This document shows, one piece after another, positions 17,506 through 27,198 of a stretch of DNA of 64,000 bases. Position numbers and translations under genes: made by a program. The stretch spans positions 302,161 through 366,160 of IMG/VR virus record IMGVR_UViG_3300012988_000001; one strand, given 5' to 3'. The notes beneath the pieces are model-generated. The model ran no database searches and was not told the origin of the DNA. It worked only from the letters and a program-made list of their open reading frames with translations. How positions within the stretch are numbered: the stretch's first letter is position 1; every line of letters starts with the position of its first letter.

Positions 17506-18645
17506 TTATACTTTTCCAGTTACAACAATAGTACCAGCGAAGTTATCTTCACTGTGAAGAATAATTTCTTCATCACTTTCTAGATCAGCTTCTACTGTAC
17601 TCACATTATTACCTGCATAAACAGTGAATGAAATGTTTTGCTTACCATGAGTAGATTGTGGTATACTTGACACATACGAATCACCAGAAGCGGTCCACGT
17701 TAGTGCTTGTGTAAACGGTGTGGTTTCTAATGTAGTACCGATTAGTATTAAGTAGAATGGACTATTATCTTCTTTCTGTACTGTAACAGTACCATTAACT
17801 ACTGATACATCAGCAAAGAATACTTCACGTGATGCATTGGCAGTCTGTAACTGTACTACTAAATCATTACCACGGCGGTGGACTGATTCAGGAACAACAG
17901 ATTGATAAACACCACCAACATTAGTTTGGTCTGCACTTGCAATATAAAGTTCAGTAACATAATCCGAGTCTTCCCCTGCTGGTACAATAGGAATTACTAC
18001 CTCTTTATCATTATAATTCGGAGATGTAATATCTATTACAATATTTCCCGGACCAGTAATACCACCCGGAATATCTATTTCAAATGAACCATCAGGATTT
18101 ACAGTACCTTCGACTTCAGTTCCATCTGGTAGGGTTGCTTTAATAACCATACCATTTGTATTAACTGTTCCACCCGGAACAACGATATTACCTGTAATTT
18201 TGGTATCACCATCTTGAATTGGATCAACCACAACATTAGAAATGTCAATTGGTGGAATACCACATTCAGGAGTATAGATATCGAATAGTACTTTACCATT
18301 ACTTAAAATTTTCTTGTTAAGTAACCAACGTACTACGAATCCTTGAATTGTATTACTTGGGTTGTATCCTCTCATGAAGAAAGTATTACGCGGAATGTTG
18401 TTAACTAATTGTTCATCCGATAGAGAATAATCTAACGGGTAGCCCATTAAGTCAACACCAGTTAGTAGTAGCTTTTGTGTTACTTTCATAGTACTTGGAT
18501 CAATCAAGTCAAACATTACATCACTACGTTGTTTGTAGATTCTTAAGTTTGTCGTTGTTGTTTGGTCATGAAAATGAACACCGTTGGCAATAAAGCCACA
18601 TACACCATAAGGATAATCATTTATCCCTGCTATTGGTCTTGCCAT
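17506..18645 (-). CDS. putative virion structural protein with Ig-like domain
   Basis: VDPIQDGDTKITG...ATLPDGT..GTVNPDGSFEIDIP resembles bacterial Ig-like repeats; late-type promoter upstream. Confidence 0.65.
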   Translation of the reverse strand: MARPIAGINDYPYGVCGFIANGVHFHDQTTTTNLRIYKQRSDVMFDLIDPSTMKVTQKLLLTGVDLMGYPLDYSLSDEQLVNNIPRNTFFMRGYNPSNTIQGFVVRWLLNKKILSNGKVLFDIYTPECGIPPIDISNVVVDPIQDGDTKITGNIVVPGGTVNTNGMVIKATLPDGTEVEGTVNPDGSFEIDIPGGITGPGNIVIDITSPNYNDKEVVIPIVPAGEDSDYVTELYIASADQTNVGGVYQSVVPESVHRRGNDLVVQLQTANASREVFFADVSVVNGTVTVQKEDNSPFYLILIGTTLETTPFTQALTWTASGDSYVSSIPQSTHGKQNISFTVYAGNNVSTVEADLESDEEIILHSEDNFAGTIVVTGKV

Positions 18646-18674
18646 TTTTCCCCCTTGTTTTTATTAGCGTTACC

Positions 18675-18684
18675 CATATTTACC
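18675..18684 (-). promoter_or_regulatory. putative late promoter GGTAAATATG
   Basis: identical 10-mer ~30 nt upstream of both - strand units (here and 60185). Confidence 0.55.
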
Positions 18685-18697
18685 TGAAATTTATGAT

Positions 18698-18726
18698 TTG
18701 ACACCGGACATGAAAACCAGTATAAT
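18698..18726 (+). promoter_or_regulatory. consensus sigma70 promoter
   Basis: TTGACA-N17-TATAAT. Confidence 0.85.
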
Positions 18727-18826
18727 GTTTGCATCTTATGGAGTGGTGTAGCAGAGAATTTTGATTGACACCTACCATTTTTGGCTGTATTATAAGGCTG
18801 TATTATTATAAGACTGGAGAATGTAA

Positions 18827-19399
18827 ATGAATCGCTTAACTATTAAGAATGACAAGATGACTGTGAAATTATTCAGTGACGAGGCTGATTCGTTCATGGC
18901 TAAGGCCATTGCGAAATCTGAAAAGTACGAAAAAATCGCATCATCTTCAAAATCACCGTATGGCTTCAACCACCCACATGCACACTTTGTTGGTATGGTT
19001 GCTGAACATGCGGCATGGGTACTCTTCAATGAAATCGAAGAACTCACCAACAAAGAGCTATCAATTGATCCCGCTTATCAGTTCGAAAACCGTGATGCAG
19101 AATGTGATCTAATAGTGAATGGTTTGCGGATTGAAGTCAAAGGTATCAAGTACGGTAGCTGGTTACAGTTCGGTCCGTGCATCAGTACTCGCCAGTTGAA
19201 AAAGATTGAGAAAAAGGCTGACATTGTATTGTGGGCGTTGTATAATGAACGCCGTCAGGAATTTTCTTTCGAAGGTTTCAACTACGTTAAAGATATCCGT
19301 GCTCTACCTACCATGATTACAGGTGCTGTAGGTCGTCCACAGATTGAAAACTATCCAGTAATGGATATCATTAAACCACTTCAGGAGCTAGCTCTATGA
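18827..19399 (+). CDS. PD-(D/E)XK restriction-endonuclease-fold protein
   Basis: GMVAEHA...CDLIVNGLRIEVK. Confidence 0.65.
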   Translation: MNRLTIKNDKMTVKLFSDEADSFMAKAIAKSEKYEKIASSSKSPYGFNHPHAHFVGMVAEHAAWVLFNEIEELTNKELSIDPAYQFENRDAECDLIVNGLRIEVKGIKYGSWLQFGPCISTRQLKKIEKKADIVLWALYNERRQEFSFEGFNYVKDIRALPTMITGAVGRPQIENYPVMDIIKPLQELAL

Positions 19400-19641
19400 A
19401 AACAATTATTCAAGAAGGTACTACTGCCAATGTTATCTACACCTTAAATGGTGATGATGAAAACATGGTTGAAGTTAACTTTCCAGTACTACCAAAAGTT
19501 GGTGATGTAGTTTCTCTAAGCCGTCATGGTGGCTACTTCAGTTCTAAACATGTGATTACTAAAGTCGAACATGAAGTACGTGTTGGTGATCTTGGTAACA
19601 CCGTTACAATCAATCTCTATACTGTACCGGAGGAAGTATGA
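19396..19641 (+). CDS. hypothetical protein
   Basis: coupled; LPKVGDVV motif. Confidence 0.75.
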   Translation: MKTIIQEGTTANVIYTLNGDDENMVEVNFPVLPKVGDVVSLSRHGGYFSSKHVITKVEHEVRVGDLGNTVTINLYTVPEEV

Positions 19642-20102
19642 GTTTATTCTGGATTCTATTCCCAACGATTGTATTCTTTGTAGTACTCTCGTGGACTGAT
19701 CTACAAAGCCATGTTGGGTATGCCGTTTGTATCTCTAAGTACGAAGGGTGGTGGAAGTTCCCATTGATTTGGTTACAATCATTCTTCATTCCATCTTGCT
19801 TCTTACGTAGTGGAAGGAGTAATATAGATTTTGATATTGTTGCCAACGTTGAACGTGCTTGTCGCATTGCACTAAGTGATGATCCTAAGATTACATTATC
19901 GTTTGATAAACGGCGTGATATCTATGAAATCAATGGATCTCGTAATTTGTATTTCCGGTTCAAAGATAATGACAGTGTTGATGTAAACGGTTATGACAAG
20001 TTAATACCACCACGTGTTGCATTCCTCATGTTGGCAGTACGGGACAAGATCAATGCAAAAGTCAAGGCTGAGGATTTAAAACCAAAGTCACTTATTAGTT
20101 GA
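19638..20102 (+). CDS. membrane-anchored hypothetical protein
   Basis: GGAGG SD; hydrophobic N-terminus. Confidence 0.75.
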   Translation: MSLFWILFPTIVFFVVLSWTDLQSHVGYAVCISKYEGWWKFPLIWLQSFFIPSCFLRSGRSNIDFDIVANVERACRIALSDDPKITLSFDKRRDIYEINGSRNLYFRFKDNDSVDVNGYDKLIPPRVAFLMLAVRDKINAKVKAEDLKPKSLIS

Positions 20103-20152
20103 CAGGGCGGTTATACTGTATTACAATATTTTCACTTACTAAGGAGACAGAT

Positions 20153-20641
20153 ATGAATATCGTAGCAACCAAACTAACCAACGCAATGAGTAAGCGTCAA
20201 GGCTACATCAGCATTTCTGATGCGATGGAAGATAGCTTTAAAAGCTATACTTTCAGCAATTGCCTTAAACTAAAGAAAGATCACACTGGTTTTACAAAGT
20301 GGGTTCTATATTGGGATGATGTTGATTTTGTAGTAGTATTCACTGTTCTAACTACAGTATTGAGTACTGGCTTCGTGAAAGCAACTATCATCGACCGTAC
20401 ATTAACTGATGTACAAACAGTCGGTCCTTACGTTGGTAAACTATCCTTCTGCGAAGTTGAGTTGATTCAGGGTAAGTACACTACTCGCAAAGCACGTGAT
20501 GCTCACGTACAAGCCGAACTAGCCAAGCACGACTTCACGGCACGTGGCGTTAAGAAAGAGCAAACCGAAAAAGACACCGCAGCAATTCAGAGTAAAGTTG
20601 ACTCAATCGCCGCAGCGTGGGGCATTACACCCAAGAAATAA
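20153..20641 (+). CDS. hypothetical protein
   Basis: AAGGAG SD at internal ATG. Confidence 0.8.
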   Translation: MNIVATKLTNAMSKRQGYISISDAMEDSFKSYTFSNCLKLKKDHTGFTKWVLYWDDVDFVVVFTVLTTVLSTGFVKATIIDRTLTDVQTVGPYVGKLSFCEVELIQGKYTTRKARDAHVQAELAKHDFTARGVKKEQTEKDTAAIQSKVDSIAAAWGITPKK

Positions 20642-20686
20642 CAACATAGGCTACGCTACGTAGCCTACTTTTAACGGAGATTAGAA

Positions 20687-21133
20687 ATGATCAAGCTAGG
20701 ATATTTGAAGTACTGGCTAATTAGTACTGTTGCATTAGTCTACAGTTTCATTGCAGCATACTTCCCAGAACTAATTACATGGGAAACTCCTAAACATATT
20801 ACCGTCATAATGAACATTGTACTTAGTATTACTGGTGTGTTCTATGCTCTAATGATCATGAGTTGTTGGTCAGAAGATATGATGAGTCGTACTGATTCGT
20901 TCAAGGTATTTGGTGAGCGTAAAATATGGCGTATCTGGCAGTGGGTTTATCTACCAATGATGATTTGGTCTATTTACATGTGGAGCCATTTTGGTATTCT
21001 AGTTGCGTGTGTTCTCTTCTACTTCGGATTGAAGGTGATGATCACTAATCAGAACAAACATTATGATTCATATAAGTTAGATTGTATTAAACGGGCAGCC
21101 CGTCAAGAACAAGCGGAGAAAGTAACACTATGA
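20687..21133 (+). CDS. multi-pass membrane protein
   Basis: about four hydrophobic segments. Confidence 0.8.
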   Translation: MIKLGYLKYWLISTVALVYSFIAAYFPELITWETPKHITVIMNIVLSITGVFYALMIMSCWSEDMMSRTDSFKVFGERKIWRIWQWVYLPMMIWSIYMWSHFGILVACVLFYFGLKVMITNQNKHYDSYKLDCIKRAARQEQAEKVTL

Positions 21134-21546
21134 TCAAGTATATCTATTTTGTAATGTCAGCAATCATGGCTATTACCCTGATTGAAGGTATTCCAGTGAT
21201 TGATATCTTCAGTACAAGTTGGCACTTCATTGCTAAGTGGAGCCTAGCCATTATCTCGTTCCTAAGCCTATTCGCTACTATTATCATCCTAATAGCGTAT
21301 GCTGAAGAACATGATAACCCACAGAGTGACTTTGTGCAGTTCTTCTTACGTACAACTGTTGGCTTGAAATTTTTACCTAAATGGCCTGTTGTCCTTTGGG
21401 GCATCCTCGCAGCGACATTAGTTCAGTTCAACCAGATTGGTATGGCGGTAGCAGTAACGATTCTTACAATCTTCGCTAGTGCGATTGTCTTTGTACAGAA
21501 TGGTCTTTACACCGCTTTCTTGAAGGGTGAAGCAAAGGGCGAATAA
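21130..21546 (+). CDS. multi-pass membrane protein
   Basis: about four hydrophobic segments; similar layout to upstream gene. Confidence 0.8.
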   Translation: MIKYIYFVMSAIMAITLIEGIPVIDIFSTSWHFIAKWSLAIISFLSLFATIIILIAYAEEHDNPQSDFVQFFLRTTVGLKFLPKWPVVLWGILAATLVQFNQIGMAVAVTILTIFASAIVFVQNGLYTAFLKGEAKGE

Positions 21547-21612
21547 AAACACTTGACCGCTTCGGCGGTCATTTGCTATAATACTTTCACCAAAACAACA
21601 GAGGGTTTAAAA

Positions 21613-22035
21613 ATGGCTTGGGTTCATGTTAGTCGTGCAGATGTAAACAGCGTTGATATCTTTGCGTTCGTCAATCTTAAAGAGAACGTGTTGATGAAAG
21701 GTCGCGTGGTAGTAGGTTCTGACCTAGTTACCAAAGTACTGGTAATGTGCGACAAAGGTGAGATTCAGGGTCTTGTACCTCTTCCTGATTGGGCTTACTA
21801 CAGTAAAGAAGATTCAATGCTTAAAGCATTTTACGAAGAAGTAGGCTCTCTACCGGGTGGTGATTTTAAGAACAAGGTGTGGAACGTGAAGAACAACAAT
21901 TATACCCCAGAACAATTGGAGAAATTGTACACGGCGATCTCCAGCATTGCATTTGAAGCACCAGAAGCCGTAATCCTTAAGTACATTCCTGATCTCACGA
22001 TCACAGACGAGATGTTTGAAAACTTCCGTTTCTAA
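21613..22035 (+). CDS. hypothetical protein
   Basis: GAGG SD after TTGACC..TATAAT promoter. Confidence 0.8.
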   Translation: MAWVHVSRADVNSVDIFAFVNLKENVLMKGRVVVGSDLVTKVLVMCDKGEIQGLVPLPDWAYYSKEDSMLKAFYEEVGSLPGGDFKNKVWNVKNNNYTPEQLEKLYTAISSIAFEAPEAVILKYIPDLTITDEMFENFRF

Positions 22036-22114
22036 TCAAAATTGAACAATAGCAGTTGACGAAGTGAATGTTGGCTGCTATAATTACTGTACTTTAATCA
22101 ACAGGAGAATCATC

Positions 22115-22480
22115 ATGGGTCATCGTTTCGCGTTTGTTCACAACCGTAAAGAATACTTTATGAAATCTGGTATGAATGAAGAACAAGCTAAACAAAAAGC
22201 AGAGAAAGACTTCCGTCGCATGTCACGCCTTGCTGCTGATTGTGTAATGACAGGTTACCACGATGAACTTCCGGGTAAAGGTGTAACTCGCTGCAACCGT
22301 ACAGCTTGCCAGAGTGATCAGCACGTGGCATTTCATAACTTTGTTATGAACCGCAACTACTGCGTGAACTGTGCAACCGATATCCGTTTTTGTAATAACC
22401 TCAATGAACTCGATCTGTACCCAGAGTACAATGAAAGTCTTGACAAACTTCTTCAGGAGAGCGATAATGAGCATCAGTAA
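22115..22480 (+). CDS. Cys-rich putative Zn-binding protein
   Basis: CNRTAC...YCVNC. Confidence 0.75.
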   Translation: MGHRFAFVHNRKEYFMKSGMNEEQAKQKAEKDFRRMSRLAADCVMTGYHDELPGKGVTRCNRTACQSDQHVAFHNFVMNRNYCVNCATDIRFCNNLNELDLYPEYNESLDKLLQESDNEHQ

Positions 22481-22724
22481 AATGGTTGAATACGCCGCCG
22501 ACCAAATCAAAAACGACCAAGCCGAAGTCGAATCACTACGCTTGCATATCAAAGATTTATATGCACGTATTAACTCTGGCCTTGCAGCAACCAACGGCGT
22601 AATTACCAAGGGTATTGAAAATCTTTACAAAGAAATTGATTCTACCTTCAACAAGAAATCTAAGTTGGAGCAGAATATTCAGTCTGCAAAGCGTCAAATC
22701 ATGATTGACTTGGGGATTAACTAA
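22467..22724 (+). CDS. coiled-coil hypothetical protein
   Basis: AGGAG SD. Confidence 0.7.
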   Translation: MSISKMVEYAADQIKNDQAEVESLRLHIKDLYARINSGLAATNGVITKGIENLYKEIDSTFNKKSKLEQNIQSAKRQIMIDLGIN

Positions 22725-23023
22725 TGCACGAATTTAGTAAGTACTCCCCATTTGAAGATAAACGTCCCGCAGAAAGCGGGGCATATAACACTATCACCTT
22801 TACACGTGATAATGTACCAGTGATCGAAGTGTCATATTACGATGCATACAAACGTCAATGGTATCGCCGCCGTATTGAAGAGTACGGTTACAGTGAAGAG
22901 TTCAAGATTGATGACAATTATATCTCGTACTTCAAACAGATCGAAGGTGTAGGTTTTGTGGTAATCCCCGAAACTTACGATATTGATATCCCCGGTGTTA
23001 AATTAGAGGACGACGACGAATAA
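22724..23023 (+). CDS. hypothetical protein
   Basis: TAATG coupling. Confidence 0.75.
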   Translation: MHEFSKYSPFEDKRPAESGAYNTITFTRDNVPVIEVSYYDAYKRQWYRRRIEEYGYSEEFKIDDNYISYFKQIEGVGFVVIPETYDIDIPGVKLEDDDE

Positions 23024-23529
23024 TGACTACCATCTATGTCAATCATACTCTGGGTGTTGTAATGACGGACACTCGCACTACTACTACGTATGTAAAATCC
23101 TTCTTGGGTTTAATCCCGGTAGGTACGTATGATGTATATGATGACACTGGTATTAAAGCGATTCATGTACATGATCGCATCTTCGTTGAAAGCGGTTCTT
23201 GCTCTGAAAGTACTAAAATTCTTCAGTACTTAACTAACGGAACACCGATCAAACCAGCACACAAAAAGCATAAACTTATCAGTAATTGCTTCCTTATCGA
23301 TAAGAATTGGGTTTTACAGATTGCAATCGACAAGGGAAAGATTATCAAAAAGTTTACTGCCCTCAGCCCAACAGCTTGGTACAGCACTGGTAGTGGTGCG
23401 TCAGCCCTTTATGAAGCATTAAAGGGCTACGGCTTCAATCCAACGATGGAACAGGCTATAGCGGCGTTTAAGACGGTTCATTTCAGTGATCGTTTTACAA
23501 GCAGTGACGTACAGATTTACCAAATGTAA
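23023..23529 (+). CDS. Ntn-hydrolase, proteasome beta/HslV-like protease
   Basis: N-terminal MTT, xDTR, SG, TGSGA motif, D..TS..V tail. Confidence 0.7.
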   Translation: MTTIYVNHTLGVVMTDTRTTTTYVKSFLGLIPVGTYDVYDDTGIKAIHVHDRIFVESGSCSESTKILQYLTNGTPIKPAHKKHKLISNCFLIDKNWVLQIAIDKGKIIKKFTALSPTAWYSTGSGASALYEALKGYGFNPTMEQAIAAFKTVHFSDRFTSSDVQIYQM

Positions 23530-23616
23530 TCGTTTCTACTTGACCAATAAAATAATATTATGTATTATAAATGCCAGTTAAAGAAGACTGGCATTTTTCT
23601 TCTATAGGAGTTGTAA

Positions 23617-24585
23617 GTGAAAAAACTAGATCTAGAATCAATCCACGATGAAGTACTAGACGAATGTTTCCATAATGAGAACGTAAAAGTGAGTAATCTT
23701 CTTGTTAACGACGATGAAGATATTGAGGTGACAACGACTCCAACCTCCGAATCTTACAATACAAAAGAACGTCTTCCTGCTGGTCTAACGAATGAAATTC
23801 TAATTGACCGTATCAATGCTGGTGTTGACGTATCTCGCAACATGGATATGCTAGTTCGCTGTAACAGTGGTCTAGTATATGCAATTGCACGTAAGTGTAC
23901 TTGTAATATTCCTTTCCAAGATAAAGTACAATATGGGTTCGAAGGTCTTATTCACGCAGTGCGTAAGTTCGATACTTCTAAGGGTATCTCTTTCAGTACT
24001 TATGCCAGTACTGCAATCCGTCAGACCATGTACAACTACGGTAACGAAGAAGCTCGTATGGTTGCATTGCCTAAGTATCAGTCAGTGAATAACGTAACTA
24101 TTCAAAACTTCATTGAACGTTTCATTAGTAATAATGGGCGTGTTCCAACAAATGAGCAGATTGCAGAAGGTACTAACATTGATCTAGTATCAGTTGGGCG
24201 TGTAATGCAGTACTCAAGTAATGCAATCAGTCTTGACACACCAGTGAACGACGATGGCTCTGTAATGCTACAGGACGTTATCAAAGGGGAAAGCTCTGAA
24301 TTCCACCTTGATCCGGGTCTAGTAACTGATGAGAGCATTATGAATGAATTACTCGAAGTAATATTCCAAGACCTTTCTGCTGATGACCGTGCATTGATTG
24401 AGGCGGTTCATGGCTTGAACAAGGATGATGAGAAATCCTTCTGGACTCTAGCTTCTGAGGGGTTCGTGTACACCGATAATAAGGGTCGCACGTACAGTTC
24501 ACGCACATCATTGCATCGTTGCTACAATGACGTTGTAGCTCGCATCCGTCGCCACATGGCAGATCGTGATATCAAAAGTAACTAA
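23617..24585 (+). CDS. sigma70-family RNA polymerase sigma factor
   Basis: region 2 (NSGLVYAIARK...G..GLI.AVRKFD.SKG..FSTYA) and region 3 (GRVPTNEQIAE...SLDTPV). Confidence 0.85.
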   Translation: MKKLDLESIHDEVLDECFHNENVKVSNLLVNDDEDIEVTTTPTSESYNTKERLPAGLTNEILIDRINAGVDVSRNMDMLVRCNSGLVYAIARKCTCNIPFQDKVQYGFEGLIHAVRKFDTSKGISFSTYASTAIRQTMYNYGNEEARMVALPKYQSVNNVTIQNFIERFISNNGRVPTNEQIAEGTNIDLVSVGRVMQYSSNAISLDTPVNDDGSVMLQDVIKGESSEFHLDPGLVTDESIMNELLEVIFQDLSADDRALIEAVHGLNKDDEKSFWTLASEGFVYTDNKGRTYSSRTSLHRCYNDVVARIRRHMADRDIKSN

Positions 24586-24591
24586 TTAAAG

Positions 24592-24627
24592 AAAAGGGTT
24601 GACGAGAGTCAGCCCTTTTGTTATTAT
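24592..24627 (+). promoter_or_regulatory. class I terminator/promoter repeat (copy 1 of 9)
   Basis: AAAGGGTTGAC-n-GTCAGCCCTTTT hairpin containing the -35 element, -10 TATTAT. Confidence 0.85.
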
Positions 24628-24720
24628 ATCTACATCGAAACGAATGAATGAGGTTAATTATGTTATTAGTATTCATTATTGGTGTTGTTCTTATTATTTT
24701 ATCTGATTAAGGAATCTAAG

Positions 24721-24996
24721 ATGAAAGTAACTATTACAGTTGAAGCACCAAGTAAAGTACATCTGGTTAAAGAACTGAACAACATCGTAGAGAATATCTC
24801 TCGCTTTAACCGCTTTGATGCTCGCCGTAAGTTCCTACAGGGTAGTGCTGAAGTAACAGTTGAAGGTGAGTACTTCAAGTACGCAGTAGTGGATCGGGAC
24901 GATAGCTATATCTCTTTCCACAACGACCGTAAAGAAGCAAACGAAGCAGCAGGTGAGAAGTACTCCGTTATTAACATGTTAAAAGAGTGGGCGTAA
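24721..24996 (+). CDS. hypothetical protein
   Basis: AAGGA SD. Confidence 0.75.
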   Translation: MKVTITVEAPSKVHLVKELNNIVENISRFNRFDARRKFLQGSAEVTVEGEYFKYAVVDRDDSYISFHNDRKEANEAAGEKYSVINMLKEWA

Positions 24997-24997
24997 T

Positions 24998-25243
24998 ATG
25001 ATTCGTTACAAAGGTACTATCAAACAAAAACATCCAAACTATGATATTCTGTGCAACAAAATTGAAGTCGATGGCTTTGTTATGTATGATCGTTTTAATG
25101 TAGGTGCAACTAACAAACCATGCTCAATGAGCATTACCATTGACAAAGCTATGAAAGTACTGGAAGATCACAACAACGGTACAAGCGTTATTTCGTACCC
25201 ATGTACTGGTCACTGCCTTGACATTTTCCCAGTAAGGAAGTAA
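24998..25243 (+). CDS. hypothetical protein
   Basis: packed operon. Confidence 0.7.
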   Translation: MIRYKGTIKQKHPNYDILCNKIEVDGFVMYDRFNVGATNKPCSMSITIDKAMKVLEDHNNGTSVISYPCTGHCLDIFPVRK

Positions 25244-25244
25244 T

Positions 25245-25559
25245 ATGGATCGCAATGCGGTTGTTGGTATCATGACTGGTATTGGTTTTGCTGTCGCGGT
25301 TTGGTCTTACCCTTACATCAAGCCAGTACTTGACAAAGTACTCGATACGGAGTATACTTGTAAAATCGAATACACACTACCAAATGGTATCTATCAGGAA
25401 CGTACCACCGATGCACTAATGACCGAATTGAAGGTCGGTAAGTTCATCAAAGGTTTTCGTATCGTAGATGCTAACTTTGTAGGTGACAAGTTCTTCGGAA
25501 TGGTGTATCATCCTGAATACAAAGTTGAACAACTCTTATGCTCAAAGAAGGAGAAATAA
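25245..25559 (+). CDS. membrane-anchored hypothetical protein
   Basis: AAGGA SD, N-terminal TM. Confidence 0.75.
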   Translation: MDRNAVVGIMTGIGFAVAVWSYPYIKPVLDKVLDTEYTCKIEYTLPNGIYQERTTDALMTELKVGKFIKGFRIVDANFVGDKFFGMVYHPEYKVEQLLCSKKEK

Positions 25560-25772
25560 ATGGTTAAGTACTTCACAGCAGTTGGTAAAGTAAATGTCAA
25601 AACATTAACTGAATCTGGGCATACTAACGTTGAATGTAATTTCAATCATGTAGTACAGGCAGATGATTCAGATGAAGCTCATGAAAAAGTAATTGCTTAT
25701 TACTCTGATAAGAGTACGTATTACGAAGAGTTCGGTCTGAATGAAATCGAAATCTTTGATTTTATCTCTTAA
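25560..25772 (+). CDS. hypothetical protein
   Basis: AGGAG SD. Confidence 0.75.
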   Translation: MVKYFTAVGKVNVKTLTESGHTNVECNFNHVVQADDSDEAHEKVIAYYSDKSTYYEEFGLNEIEIFDFIS

Positions 25773-25784
25773 AGGAGTCTTATA

Positions 25785-26075
25785 ATGAAGATCGTTAAAA
25801 TTTATGTCCAAGTTAAAGACACTAAGTACGGTAATGGTCATTACACCTTAAGTGCTATTAGTGTTGATGCAGCGGTTAAGTACTTAACAGAGAAGTTTGA
25901 AGGTATTATTGATGATACTGAACAGTACTTCAAAGACCATCCTTATCAAATGCAGGATGAAGACACGCTGTTAAAACATTTCCATCATACTAAAGAACGT
26001 GTTGATGAAGATGGTGATTGGGACTATCCATGTGAAAGTGAAATTTCACTGTACTGGGAAGAGGTGATTGAATAA
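25785..26075 (+). CDS. hypothetical protein
   Basis: AAGGAG SD. Confidence 0.75.
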   Translation: MKIVKIYVQVKDTKYGNGHYTLSAISVDAAVKYLTEKFEGIIDDTEQYFKDHPYQMQDEDTLLKHFHHTKERVDEDGDWDYPCESEISLYWEEVIE

Positions 26076-26359
26076 TGAAATCTAAAGCTGATCAAGAGTT
26101 AATTAGTACTCTGTCGAAAGACCATCAAGATATCATCACCTTTAAGCACGGCGGTGAAGAGTTCTTTAAGAACACAAAAATTCGTGATTTCCTTAACAAA
26201 CTCCTTTCCGCTGATATCAAATCCGTGTATACTGTGTCCAAGAAATATGACACTACACACGGTTTGGATTGGAGTGGTGAGAGTATCATCTTAGTTAATG
26301 CTAAGGATGAAGTTGTTTATCTTACCAACTCTGAATGGGCTGCATTCGGACTTTTATAA
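26075..26359 (+). CDS. hypothetical protein
   Basis: GAGGTG SD. Confidence 0.75.
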   Translation: MKSKADQELISTLSKDHQDIITFKHGGEEFFKNTKIRDFLNKLLSADIKSVYTVSKKYDTTHGLDWSGESIILVNAKDEVVYLTNSEWAAFGLL

Positions 26360-26368
26360 GGAATAGTA

Positions 26369-26686
26369 ATGAAAGCATTATGGGCGGTTCTGGTAGTACT
26401 GATTGTTATTATGGGTATGGGTATCTATATTGTAGTACAGAAGGTTCAGGAGACACCATACGAATGTTCTGTACTGACAGTGGATGCAGACGGTAATAAG
26501 ACGTATCGTGACGGTAAGTTCACACAGGGACAGCTAGACGCTATCTCCGAGCACGGAGGTGGTATGCTTGGTTCACACGTTGAAATGATGCAGGAAAACG
26601 ATTCTGGTGATTATATATCGCCAATCCTGAAGCAAGAAGAATCATTCGGTGGTGCGGTAGTTTGTAAGAAATCAGTAAGTATTTAA
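26369..26686 (+). CDS. membrane-anchored hypothetical protein
   Basis: N-terminal TM; YEC...VVC pattern like 25245..25559. Confidence 0.75.
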   Translation: MKALWAVLVVLIVIMGMGIYIVVQKVQETPYECSVLTVDADGNKTYRDGKFTQGQLDAISEHGGGMLGSHVEMMQENDSGDYISPILKQEESFGGAVVCKKSVSI

Positions 26687-26687
26687 A

Positions 26688-26724
26688 ATAAAGGGTTGAC
26701 TTAGGTCAGCCCTTTTGCTATTAT
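26688..26724 (+). promoter_or_regulatory. class I terminator/promoter repeat
   Basis: AAATAAAGGGTTGACTTAGGTCAGCCCTTTTGCTATTAT. Confidence 0.85.
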
Positions 26725-26767
26725 ATCTACATCGAAACGAAACACACTAACAACATTAAGAGGAAAT

Positions 26768-27187
26768 ATGACTATGCCAGCTATCAACACTACTAAAGGT
26801 ATTGCTCCGGGTAAAATCCTGTATCACGTATATGGTTCAGTTATTGCTAAAGGTAAAGGCCAATCTTCTGATCCTGAAAAATTGGTTGAGAAAATCATTG
26901 TAACTTCTTTCCCTAAAAATTGGCACACTGGCACAGGTCGTCGGTCAGACTCTCTGTTCTTTGATGTGCTGCGTAAAAGCTCTTTGGGTGATGGTGATTG
27001 GCATAGTGCTCACAGTGTTCGCGATTGTGGGATTGGTGCTAAGTACAACCTGAACCGCATCTTCGCAACTAAGGCAGAAGCCATTGAGTTTGCCAGTGAA
27101 TGTTTGTTGGGTAAATTCTTTGACAATTCAGATCAAGCTGTGTATGATCGTATTAAATATGATGATTTCTTGAACTGGGATTTTTAA
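26768..27187 (+). CDS. hypothetical protein
   Basis: first gene after class I promoter. Confidence 0.8.
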   Translation: MTMPAINTTKGIAPGKILYHVYGSVIAKGKGQSSDPEKLVEKIIVTSFPKNWHTGTGRRSDSLFFDVLRKSSLGDGDWHSAHSVRDCGIGAKYNLNRIFATKAEAIEFASECLLGKFFDNSDQAVYDRIKYDDFLNWDF

Positions 27188-27198
27188 GGAGAACTACA

